Positions 48,705-59,800 of a stretch of DNA of 64,000 bases are shown one piece after another (position 1 is the first letter of the stretch; every line of letters starts with the position of its first letter). The notes under the pieces were generated by a model, which was not told the origin of the DNA, ran no database searches, and saw nothing but the letters and a program-made list of their open reading frames with translations. Position numbers and translations under genes: made by a program. The stretch covers positions 18,686,560-18,750,559 of the forward strand of contig NC_134027.1 in assembly GCF_964204645.1 (NCBI RefSeq), given 5' to 3'. Source of the stretch: Tubulanus polymorphus. Taxonomy: Eukaryota > Animalia > Nemertea.

Positions 48705-49788
48705 TTATTCTTTTAATTTTACTAGATAAAATCCATTCATTAAATTTATCATCATATCCTTTATATTTCACCAAAGAATACTTTTTTCCTTTAAGAGTTT
48801 TTGTTTTCAATACTTATTCTATTTTGTATTCTATTTCATCTGGATTTGGTACAAGTGATAATTCTTGTTCATAGAAATAACCTAATATTTCTTCATCCTT
48901 AAGATCTTCTAATTTATAAACAAATGGTTTAGTTAATATCATCTTTTTAATCTTGAATATTTCTTCTGTAAAATTAGGGGTATAACCTTTATAAAAGGTT
49001 TTTCTATATTTAGATATTCTAACGTGTTGTCCAATTTTAAATCTAGGTTCACCAAAATCATGTGTAACAAATGCTCCATATAAATTATTCCAAACTTTTT
49101 CTGAATTATCTTCTTTTCTAGCTTGTATAGGTTTCATATTTATAGAACTATGTTTAGAATTATTATAACCTTTCACTAAATCATCTAATACATCGATATA
49201 TTTATATGTTTCATTAGCAGTAAAATATTTCCACATTCTAGTTTTCAATGTTTTATTAAATCTTTCTATAATAGATGCTTTTTTATCTGAATGTGTTGAA
49301 AAATATTCTACATCGTTATCAGATAATAGTTTTTTAAAATGTTTATTATAGAATTCCTTACCTTCATCAAATTGTATCTTATCTGGAATAGCTTCTTTAA
49401 ATATTGATTTAAAAGCATTTGTTACTTCTATACCAGTTTTATTTTTGATTGGAATTGACCATGCGTATCTACTGAATATATCTATAACATTTAATATCCA
49501 GAAATATCCTTTGTTGTATTCTTCTAAATTCTTCATGTCAATTAAATCTGCTTGCCATTGTTGATCAATATATGAAACCATTACTTTTCATGTTAAATAA
49601 GTTTTATCCATTTTCTTGTGGATTTGATATGTTGGTTGATTTTGTAACCATGATTTTAATTTACTATATTTTATATTACCATTTTCATTATCAGATTTCA
49701 TTTTACCCCATAATTCTGAAACGCTAGAATATGATACTTCACTTTCTGGGTTATAATATAAATCTCTTAAATATTGTTCTTTTTTCAT
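48705..49788 (-). pseudogene. Retroviral-type (rve) integrase with C-terminal chromodomain; two in-frame stops
   Basis: WQADLIDM, IDIFSRYAW, QFDEGKEF and IERFNKTLK motifs; after the stop at 48814 the frame continues VLKTKTLKGKKYSLVKYKGYDDKFNEWI; other stop at 49588. Confidence 0.93.
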
Positions 49789-49794
49789 CTTATT

Positions 49795-50166
49795 TTAATA
49801 CATTAATAATAATTTAGGTTTAGTTTCAATGACTTTATGATTTGACTTATTTTCTGGTATAATAGGTTTATTATCATTGGAATCATTATTGTTATAATCA
49901 GATTTATACTTATATTTATATATTACACCGGATAATATAATAATTGTGATTAACCCAATTGTAATATATAAGTAATTATTTCTTCTAGCATTAGAAGAAT
50001 CAGATGGATTATTATTTGAATCAATATCAGATAATTTCTGTGATTCATTTATATCAGCTAATTTCTTTTTCTTAGCTCTTTTTAATTCTGCAGATCTTTT
50101 ACCTAATTCCCTATCCCATTTAATTTGTTTCTCGGATCTAGCCTTTTTCTTAACGCCATCACTCAT
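49795..50166 (-). CDS. Basic protein with one TM segment
   Basis: 123 aa, TAAATG start, YLYITIGLITIIILSGVIY. Confidence 0.65.
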   Translation of the reverse strand: MSDGVKKKARSEKQIKWDRELGKRSAELKRAKKKKLADINESQKLSDIDSNNNPSDSSNARRNNYLYITIGLITIIILSGVIYKYKYKSDYNNNDSNDNKPIIPENKSNHKVIETKPKLLLMY

Positions 50167-50806
50167 TTATTTTAGTTAATTTTTGTTCTGGTTCATTTTC
50201 TGTTTCACCGTTTGGTTGTAGTACGGCGCCATCTGTTTCGTTCTTACTCCGGCTTTCCTTCGGCTTTTTCTTTCTCAGCCCTGATTTATATTCCATAGGC
50301 TTGATATTCGAAAATGTTATGATACCAGTAGAAATTAATGTCATAACCGATCCTAATTGGAATGAAGTATACCCAACCCATTTTTGTAATTCAGTCATAA
50401 CTAAATAATCATTTTTCAAATCAGTATATAATTTATTTTCATCATCAATTGATATTAACCGGTTACATAATTTTGAATAACATTTTATAATGCTATCTGA
50501 AATAGAATTATTTATTCTACCTAATCTAGCTTCTTCATAAATCTTAAAATATTTTATTACTTTATCTGGTTTCATAGAGTCTAGTTCTTGAAAAGTAATG
50601 GTCTTAGTTAAAAACTCTTTAGATTTCCCACCAGCAATTAGTAATTCAAGATGGTGTTTACAATATAAATAGTATTCATAATCTATATTGTTATTAACTT
50701 GAATATTATTTTCAATTTTGGTCGGAATATCCTTATTATCACTAATGCCCAAATCATCTAATGTTTTTTCAATATCAATATTATTCTTACCCGATTTCTT
50801 TGACAT
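50159..50806 (-). CDS. Hypothetical Polinton protein
   Basis: 215-aa intact ORF with TAAATG start. Confidence 0.65.
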   Translation of the reverse strand: MSKKSGKNNIDIEKTLDDLGISDNKDIPTKIENNIQVNNNIDYEYYLYCKHHLELLIAGGKSKEFLTKTITFQELDSMKPDKVIKYFKIYEEARLGRINNSISDSIIKCYSKLCNRLISIDDENKLYTDLKNDYLVMTELQKWVGYTSFQLGSVMTLISTGIITFSNIKPMEYKSGLRKKKPKESRSKNETDGAVLQPNGETENEPEQKLTKINE

Positions 50807-51105
50807 TTATATAAGAGAAATTTAATAAGAAAAATATTATAAGTATTATAAAATGATACTAGCTAGTTAAAGATAAAGAATTTTAAATACTAGGTTAGTT
50901 AAAAAAAAGAATTTCTATTTGAATCTATTCAAAATATAAAGTATTCTCTTTTTGAAAAGAAATATTAGATTTTGAAAAAAATTAAAATAGAAATAATGGC
51001 TAGTTGAAGGTATGTAATTTTTAATATATTTTATTTGAATTCTATTTGATATCTCACTACTTTTGTTTATCTATTAGGAGCAGTAATTATAACTGTCCAG
51101 ATAAG

Positions 51106-51783
51106 TCATTTCGGATCCTTGATATCAAATTCCTCAACGTATTGTTCATTATTCGGATCATTGTTCCATTGATCAATAAATTTCTTTACCTTTGTTAACT
51201 GTTCTAAATATAACTGTAAATCAAGTTTATTAGATTTTATTTTATTTTCTTTCTTTTCAAGAGGTCTTAAATTCTTCCAATTCCAAATAAGTTTTTTATT
51301 GTGTTCATCATTCATGTTAAATTTAGAAATCGGTAACACATGATCAATATGAAAATAATCTCCATAATTATCTATATTCATTTCACTATCGCATTGAAAT
51401 ATAATCCATGATTTGAGAAATTCATCTGAACAACCCAACAAATTAGATAGTGTTTCTGAATGTGTTTCTTTGTTGAATAAGTGTGTTAATCTAGATCTTA
51501 AGCATTGTTTCAATCTAAAATTAAGATCTGTTTGATATCTTTCTCTCATATATTCTGTCATATAATCATTGTAAGCTTCTCTATTATCTTCTCGATATTG
51601 TTTGGCATATAGTTTAATACAAGTTTTACAGCAATATTGAAAACCATCTTTGCTAATCTTACGCTTATTAAAATCTGTTATAGCTAATTTATCTAATTCA
51701 CATTTAGAACACTTCTTGTAGTATATGTTTATAACGCCAGTGTTATTTGTAATATTGATAGTTTGTGGTTGTTCTGGTTCCAT
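51106..51783 (-). CDS. HNH endonuclease with N-terminal zinc ribbon
   Basis: CSKC...CKTC, then FHIDHVLPISKF...WKNLRPLEKKENKIKSNK, an HNH pattern like that of large-DNA-virus HNH proteins. Confidence 0.8.
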   Translation of the reverse strand: MEPEQPQTINITNNTGVINIYYKKCSKCELDKLAITDFNKRKISKDGFQYCCKTCIKLYAKQYREDNREAYNDYMTEYMRERYQTDLNFRLKQCLRSRLTHLFNKETHSETLSNLLGCSDEFLKSWIIFQCDSEMNIDNYGDYFHIDHVLPISKFNMNDEHNKKLIWNWKNLRPLEKKENKIKSNKLDLQLYLEQLTKVKKFIDQWNNDPNNEQYVEEFDIKDPK

Positions 51784-51812
51784 TTATTATACATATTTTT
51801 TTACTAAATTGA

Positions 51813-52123
51813 TTTTATATGTTATTCATATATATTTTATTCATGTATATAAATATTTTAAGAGTAATAGGGGTAATGGGCTTTCAGGTTAAAGGTTGAA
51901 AGGGCAAGTGAGTAAAAAATGAAAATAATAATAATTTCTATTTGAATTAGTAGTGAAACTCATAAAAAATGAAAAATAAATTCGAGCGTGCGAGAATTAT
52001 TTTTCATTTTTTATGAGTTTCACTACTAATTCAAATAGAAATTATTGTTATTTTCATATTTTTTCATTTTTTACGAGCTCGACCTTTCGACCTTTGATCT
52101 GAAAGCCCATTACCCCTATTACT
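51813..52123 (-). repeat. Right TIR (51863-52123 is itself a hairpin)
   Basis: Reverse complement of the left TIR, with small indels. Confidence 0.95.
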
Positions 52124-52145
52124 AGTATCATTTTGATTTTTACAG

Positions 52146-52710
52146 AAAAGCTGAGCATTGTGTCTCCGTTGAGACTGAGACGGAGACAAATTAATGCAAA
52201 TGGTATGAATTTTTTTATTATTCAAGGTATCATGATTTATGCCACAGTACTCGAATCATGTTTTCAAAAAATAATTGTTATCTTGTATTTTTGCAGAACC
52301 AATGCGCAAAACGATCAACAGCAGCGTGGTGAAGACGAAGGTATTTTTACAGTTACATTTTTATCAGCATCCCAAATGCGATTTTCCAAATGCTATTTTC
52401 TTTACTTCACTTCATTCTTTCCTTGCAGAAGAAGAAAGAGCCAAAAGTGCGAAAGAATAAAGAAAAAACCCCAAGAAAGTCATTGCTATTGCAAAAAGGT
52501 ACGTTGGTGTAAAAACCTCCTTGTACTTAACAACCTCATATAATTATTGTATGTAACATTTTATTCTCATTTTTCAGGCAGACAACATGCGCATGATCTT
52601 TTGTGAAGGTGGATCCTGCCCCTTCGAGTGGCTTCACTACGACTGCGTGGGGATAAATGAAAAAAAAAATCCTAAAGGAAAATGGCACTGTGCGAGTTGT
52701 AAATGTTGAT
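52146..52710 (+). pseudogene. 3' exons of the interrupted spliced gene, ending in an ING-type PHD finger
   Basis: Short exons; HCYCKK | ...IFCEGGSCPFEWLHYDCVGI...KGKWHCASC. Confidence 0.7.
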
Positions 52711-52969
52711 GTAAATAATACTATACTGTAATGTAAATAATTACTAATGCTGTAAATAAACGTACCAGTACAATTGTTGTAAATAAACAATTTCTGATGA
52801 AGTGTAGTGTTTTGAATAGTGTTTTGAATAGGAAGTAGAGATATAATGAATAAATAAATATATATTATTTGTAAATAGTTTTTTTCGTGCGAGTGGATCT
52901 ATAGCTTTTTATTGGCTTTCTCTTGAAAAATTTGTACGAACTTGATAATATTGAAGATTAAAAATCGAT

Positions 52970-53450
52970 TAGAGTTATGGCGATTGTGGCGTTTGAACGT
53001 CAATTCGAAGAGTAATGAAATTGTGTTGAAATCGGCCATTGTGGCATTTCAAATTACGTAAAGTCAAGGAGTCATGAAATTGTGATGAAATCGGTGATTG
53101 TGGCGTTTGAAATTAAGTCAAGTCGAGGAGTCATGAAATTGTGTTGAAATCAGTGATTGTGGAATTTCAAATTACGTCAAGACGAGTTTTTTATGAAATT
53201 GTGTTGAAATTGGCGATTGTGGCGTTTCACATCACAATTAATTCTTTTTTTTTAAATTGTGTTGAAATGGGCGATTGTGGCGTTTCAAATTACGTCAAGT
53301 CGATAGTAATGAAATTGGATGTGAAATTGTGTTGAGATCGGCGATTGTGGCGTTTCAAATTGCGACGAAAATTAATTTTTTGAAATTGTGTTGAAATCGG
53401 CGTTTGTGACGTTTTACAAAATGTTTAATGAATAAATAAATTGTGTTGAA
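52970..53450 (+). repeat. Degenerate ~58-bp tandem repeats, probably subterminal repeats of the host DNA element
   Basis: About 8 copies of AAATTGTGTTGAAATCGGCGATTGTGGCGTTTCAAATTACGTCAA. Confidence 0.8.
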
Positions 53451-53875
53451 GAGATAATTCAAGTATTTGTGTTTGTCATTCCTATGGATATAAATGTGGC
53501 GCCACAATTTGCTCTGCGATGTACCTTTGACCCTAAATGGTGACATGTCTGCCTTTGGAAAGGCCGATTCCCGATGAACCCGATTCCCGATGAACCAGCA
53601 TTCGGGCCGATAGAGATCAAACGTACTCGGCCTATGCACGTGTACTCTCAGACTCCTTTTTGACTTTCTAATCTGCCATTAGCTTAGTCATGGTGCTTAA
53701 TTTCCTTTAACTCGAAGCTATAGAACAAGGTCATTCTAAACACCTTCAGCAAAAGAAAGAAAAAAATCAATGTGTCATATTTATCTTAAATAATATATTT
53801 AAGAATGTATCTAATAATAACAATATTTCCTAAATCTGTAGATTCAAAAACAATTTGCCTAGTTTTAGAACTACT

Positions 53876-56800
53876 TTACACTAACTCATAATATTTGCAC
53901 GATTTGGGATCGAAATAACAATTCAAACATGGATCATAGAGTAAATCTAATTCCTCTTCTTCATCAGTCAACAACTCTGTTTGCTGGTCTACCGTAGCAT
54001 CCTGAGATAGTTGATCTTGTACAACTAAAACACAAAAGCATATGAGGCCAACTAAATTACATATTGGCTCAGATCTAACAAACCAAGATTTCATTTTCAG
54101 TTCAACAACTGAGACACCGTTACCTGTAGATTGCAGATTTTTCTGCAGTGACTGTTCCGTCGATGAACACACATTATCTTGTGACTTTTTTACATCCCCC
54201 GGTAGAATAATTGGTGGACTAAACACACCAGACCAATCCCTACAAAAGATATAAATTGACCATAAATACCTATAGGCGGATCCGTTTTCACTACATGAGC
54301 TTGTCACATGCACATGACTAGAATGAGGCAAAGCCTCGAATGCCCCCGGCCTGAAATTTACAGGCATATGTGAATTTACAGGGTTTGTCCCTGGAATTAT
54401 TTTATAACGGGCTCCCTAGCACCCAATCATAGAGGAGTCTGCTTTCTGATTGGCTTTTCAAAACCAATATTTTTGCTATCAGAAATTCGCGAAAAGCTCA
54501 TATAAATTTTAACGAGGCCCTCTTTCAAAATTCACCTACGTAGAGTTTGGAGAATGGATAATGCTCTAATGAATGATTTGTATGAATATATGCTCAGTTG
54601 CACAGTAAAAGAGCCTTTACTCTGGAAACCATGTCATTTAAATTTGTTCCATTTGTATAATAATAGGCTCAACCTACGGCTGGCCTAATAATTGATCAAA
54701 GCGTCTTCAAAATTTCCCTCAAAAAGTTCAAAAACGTGTAAAATGTGCTGATTTTGGCAACAACAATGGCTGCCGGTTGGCCATCTTGATTTTGACAGGG
54801 TCAATTTTTGGGCTGAAGATGTGTCTAGGGTAGATACATGTGAAATCCAAATATCACGACATTACATCGAAGCGTCTTCAAACCTTCCCAAAATAACTGG
54901 ATTCCGTCTAGGGACGAATGGACAGATGACGGACGAAAAGTGAACGCAATAGCCCGCAGGGACTTAAGACCCAAGTGGGCTAAAAATGGCTCCGTTTCTT
55001 TCTAGGCCCAGGTCTATAGAACATTCATACCAAATCTCGTATTGATCTGATTAAAACTGTAGGACTAGTAGCAATTTGAAGAAGTTGACATACGCACAAA
55101 CGAACGAAGGAATGACAGCTCATCCCCTTACCCATCAGTCTTCGGTCACAGCAGAGCAAAAAATTCACATCAAGTGACAGTGCAACCGCATTATGACTTT
55201 CGATTTCGCATTTATTACAAACCCAGAATTTTGTCCCTAATAGGACAATTAGTACCTCTAACAGCCTCTAATACCGAATTTATTTGAATTGAATGATGCC
55301 ATTGGGTTTGAATCCTTGTGAGGTAGTTAACATTCTCTGCGGTAGTGAAGAGGTTAAGACAGGTAAAACTTTGTTGATCATCAGCCAGGAAGGAGTCAAC
55401 ACACTTGCCAAATGACACACCTTGAATTGGGTCAGCGATCAGATTAACATTACTGACCAGACTTGCCAATACAATGATTTGTAAGCTAAATTCCTCAACT
55501 GAATTCTCTAGATGTGCCCCTGGTTTACTCACCTAGGATTTGATGATCCTAATGTATCAGAACTTGTTCTAGATGCATGGATATTCATTTCATCCTGATA
55601 ATGATGAACTGCCAAATTTTGTGGCTGAAAAATAATGTAACATATCACCTAAAGGTAGCAATAAATGGACAATTTTCAATATAATCACGAAATTAAACAG
55701 CCACTACCAGCATCAGAAAAACGATACTTTAAAAAAAAACTTGACATGCATAATCCCAACAAAACATTTATTCTGGTTGTAAGTCAACCTGAGCTTAGTT
55801 TTAGAGGTGAACTATATATGTTCATTCAGCCTAAGCAAGTACACTACTACAGATTACTACGTTATATTGTGACAATCTCTAGTGAGTGAATACTTACGTG
55901 AGTTCTCCATGTACTATATGAAGTGGTGTCTTCCTCATCTGTCGAACTTCCTCCTAAATCTGTATAATCTAAATGAGCTGTAGTTTGTTTATCAGGACTT
56001 GTTTTTCTGTGTCTAAAACGTTGTTCACTGAGGCTCATTGGTGATTCATTAGACGCCTCTTCTTCTGTCTGACGTTTCATGCTAGCCATCATTCCAGCTT
56101 CAAACGACTCAGTTAATTCACCCATCTGATATTTTGTAAAATCATATTGTCTCTGAAAATATCATACTTGGAAGCTCATATCCAATCTTAGGATTATTTC
56201 AAAAGGCTTAATTTTTTTAACTGGTGCATATCATCATGTAACGGGGTGTAGCCACTGGTACGAAAACTGTGACATGTGTCACACCAGTAATTAAAATAAA
56301 TTACCCATGGCTAGAGGTTGTTTGGAGTAAGGGCATTGCTTGAAAAATCTTTTTAATTTGTGAATTCAAAGTTCTAGAAGTTTATATTGGATTTTATCTT
56401 TCTTAAAGAATTATTTTGTAGTCATATCAGACCAAAGATAAACATTTGTTTATGGCCTACGTCCAAAATTTCGTAGGGTACAGATAGGCGCGGCAGGGAA
56501 ACTATTTCATATTTTCAAAAAAATATTTTCCCAGGCACACCATGCCCACTTGGGAAGTGGTTTCAAATGCTGAACAATCTAACAATTCCAATATTCAACA
56601 CCCCCGGTGACCATATACAAAAACCAATGACCTTGAAACTCACCACAATCATAGAACATGTCAGCAGCTACGATTTTGTAATTGATTGCGATAACAAAAT
56701 ATGCCTTGTTACGAATCTAATATGGAAATACTAAGTTATTCTACAATTCAACGCCCACTGGTGACCATATTCAAAACCCAATGATCTTGAAACTCACCAC

Positions 56801-59800
56801 AATCATAGAACATGTCATGAACTACAACTTTGCAAATACATAATCATAGGACATGTCAGCAGTTACGATTTTGTAATTGATTGTGATAGCAAAATATGCC
56901 TAGGTACCCGGTACCAATATGATAAGGAAATACTAGGTTATTTTACTATTCAATGCCCCCTGGTGACCATATAGAATAACTAATTTCCTTAAAGCTCACC
57001 ACATTACAATCATAGACATGGTCATGAGCTAAAACGTTGCAATTGATTGTGGTAACAAAATATGTATTGGTACAAATATAATACAGAAACACTAAGATAT
57101 TGTATTATTCAACGCCCTCTGGTGGCCATACACCAAAACTAATGACCTTGAAACTCACCACAATCATAGAACACGTTATAAGCTACAACTTTGTAATTCA
57201 TTGTTGTAACAAAATATGGTATCAATATAATGTGGAAAAACTTTTTCCCACCTACGAATGGGTACTGATGACACCAAGATGGCCGCCAATTGTGTCATAG
57301 TCTCAGGTATAAAACATCCCTTTCCAAAGAATACCCATCAGCAGTTTCAATGAGAAATGGCAAACCAGTAGGAAGCTAGAGGACTCGGAATTCGGGCCAA
57401 AATTGACATTTTTGGGCACTTAAAAGGTCCTAGGATGACCATCGCGAGTCCGATCGACCCAAATTTTGTTATGTTGATGGGCCCTGGGGGGGGGGGGGGG
57501 GGGGGGTTCAAATATATACGAAAGATCAAGGTAATTGATCAAAGCGTCTTCAAAATTTCCCTCAAAAAGTTCAAAAACATGTAAAAAAGTGTTCATTTTG
57601 GCGAACAACAATGGCTGCCAGTCAGCCATCTTGATTCTGACAGGGCCAATTTTTGGGCTGAAGATGTGTCTAGGGTAGATACATGTATAAACCAAATATC
57701 AAGACATTACCTTGAAGCGTCTCCAAAACTTCCCAAAATAACTGGATTCCGTCTACGGACGGACGGACAAACGGACGATGGACGAAAAGTGAACACAATA
57801 GCCCGCTTGGACTAAAGTCCCAAGTGGGCTAAAAAGTGCTGATTTTGGCGAACAACAATGGCTGCCAGTCGGCCAGCTTGATTCTGACAGGGCCAGTTTT
57901 TTGGCTGAAGATGTGTCTAGGGTAGATACATGTATAAACCAAATATCAAGACATTACCTTGAAGCGTCTTCAAAACTTCCCAAAATAACTGGATTCCATC
58001 TACGGACGGACGAACGACGGACGAAAAGTGAACGCAATAGCCAGCTGGCACTAAAATCCCAAGTGGGCTAAAAATATTCAAATAAAATTCATATGATGTC
58101 ACATATCAGAGGGTGGCTGAATATTGAGTCTTGGAAACAAAACCTCTTCCAATGTATGGCCGCGGAAGCTAAAACACCGGGGCGTAGTATTAGATCGTTT
58201 TAAATCCTGAAATTTACCACTACAATATTCAGACCTCGACCGATACCTATAGTTTGCTGCTTAGTATTTTCAGGTCACAAGAAATTACAATTTATTACAA
58301 ATTTTATCAAACAGAAAACACAGCACTCATCTTCTGCTACGACGATTATTCAGCCTGTTATCATACCATACGTGCACAAGGTAAGCAGCGTTACAGCATC
58401 ACCATATAGTATTCTGTATGAGCATGTGTTAGTGTGCAACAGTCTAATGTTTAGCACTCCCAATCCCCGCGCATGTGGAGGCCTTGTGGTGTAGTGAACG
58501 TTCGCTTCACTTCAATCTCAATCAACACAATCATCGGGTATTAAAATGATACAATACCTATGGCGATATGTGAAATAATTATGTTCTCACCAGCAATGAG
58601 CATTTAAAATTCGCACATATACGGCACCTAGTCCAATGAAACGTTCGCCATTAATGGCTTTCCCATAATTATTTTAGTAGCGCCGGAATTCCCCGTTTAT
58701 CCCAAAAACAGCCAATCACATTCGCTCGTAGAGACAACGCCCTCAATCTAGGTCATTGCAATTTTATACGCAAGAGCTAAGAATTTTCCCGCCAAAAACA
58801 GTTTTTCATCGAATTTAAACAAAGTTGACCATGCCATCGACGGAGGTTCCGATTATACAGCGTTTATCGTTTAACCTGAGAACCAATGAAAAAAATGCTC
58901 ACATAAAAAAACGTACCGCGATTTTACATGAATTGGCTCAATGCCAATCTCATACTGCTGACAAAGGTAAACGAAAAACACAGAATTTTTAACCACAAAA
59001 ATTATGCATTAGAGAGTAACAAACCCCTGCTTGCATGTAGTTTTATAACTATAGGTATCCTGTTAATGTTAGTGTGCTGTGTGGATGTGATCAAGACAAT
59101 TCCACCCTAGTTGAATGCAAAACGGAAATTGCTAATTTATCCATCATGAAGGAGAGCTTGAAAGTTTCTTAAATTGAATTGAAATTTCAACGAAGAAATG
59201 AATATATACCCCTATGTTACATGTGCATGAAAAGACGGTTCAAACTGGTTTGAATTGACAGAGAAATAGGGAAATTTAAGCTTCAACCGTTTTCTGAAAC
59301 AATTTTCTTAAGGGTGGTCCTCAAAACCCCCTTCCGTCTGGTCAATGAGCCTTGTTTATATTTCTCAGGCCTTTGGGGCTCTGCCAAAATTTGTTGCAAC
59401 GATGGATTTTCAGTGGATACACCCCTGTGTAATTAAGCAATGAAAATTCTTTATAACTAGGGGTCCAGGGACACCATGCCCACTTGAAAATTGGTTTCAA
59501 ATGCTCAACAATCTAACAATTTCAATATTCAACGCCCCCTGGTAACCATATACAAAAACCAATGACCTCGAAACTCACCACAATCATAGACCATGTCATG
59601 AGCTACAACTTTGCAAAATTGATTGCTGTAACAATATATGCATAGGTATGAAAATATTATCGAAATACTACGTTATTGTATTATTCAACGCCCCCTGGTG
59701 GCCATATACTAAAACCAATGACCTCTCCACAATCATAAAACATGTTATGAGCTACAACTTTGCAATTGATTGTGGTAACAAAATATGCTTAAAGGTCAAG

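Larger units (their letters stand above)
35240..52123. mobile_element. Polinton/Maverick (adintovirus-like), 16.9 kb, full length but decayed
   Basis: AGT...ACT termini, ~320-bp TIRs, 6-bp TSD AATATC/AGTATC (5/6), and pPolB, penton, MCP, ATPase and integrase genes. Confidence 0.97.

Noticed and set aside
35818-49788. Alternative genetic code or programmed readthrough to explain in-frame stops
   Set aside because: Stops are a mix of TAA, TAG and TGA, fall inside conserved motifs (IDS to ID*) and co-occur with frameshifts, as expected for decay.
53876-54367. 163-aa ORF as a single-exon gene
   Set aside because: It reads through a stop-free 99-nt intron of the CFAP20DC-like gene.
56242-59427. 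Outer MITE with GGGGTGTAGCCACTG / CAGTGGATACACCCCTG ends
   Set aside because: Short imperfect match 3 kb apart with no TSD; plausible but unsupported.
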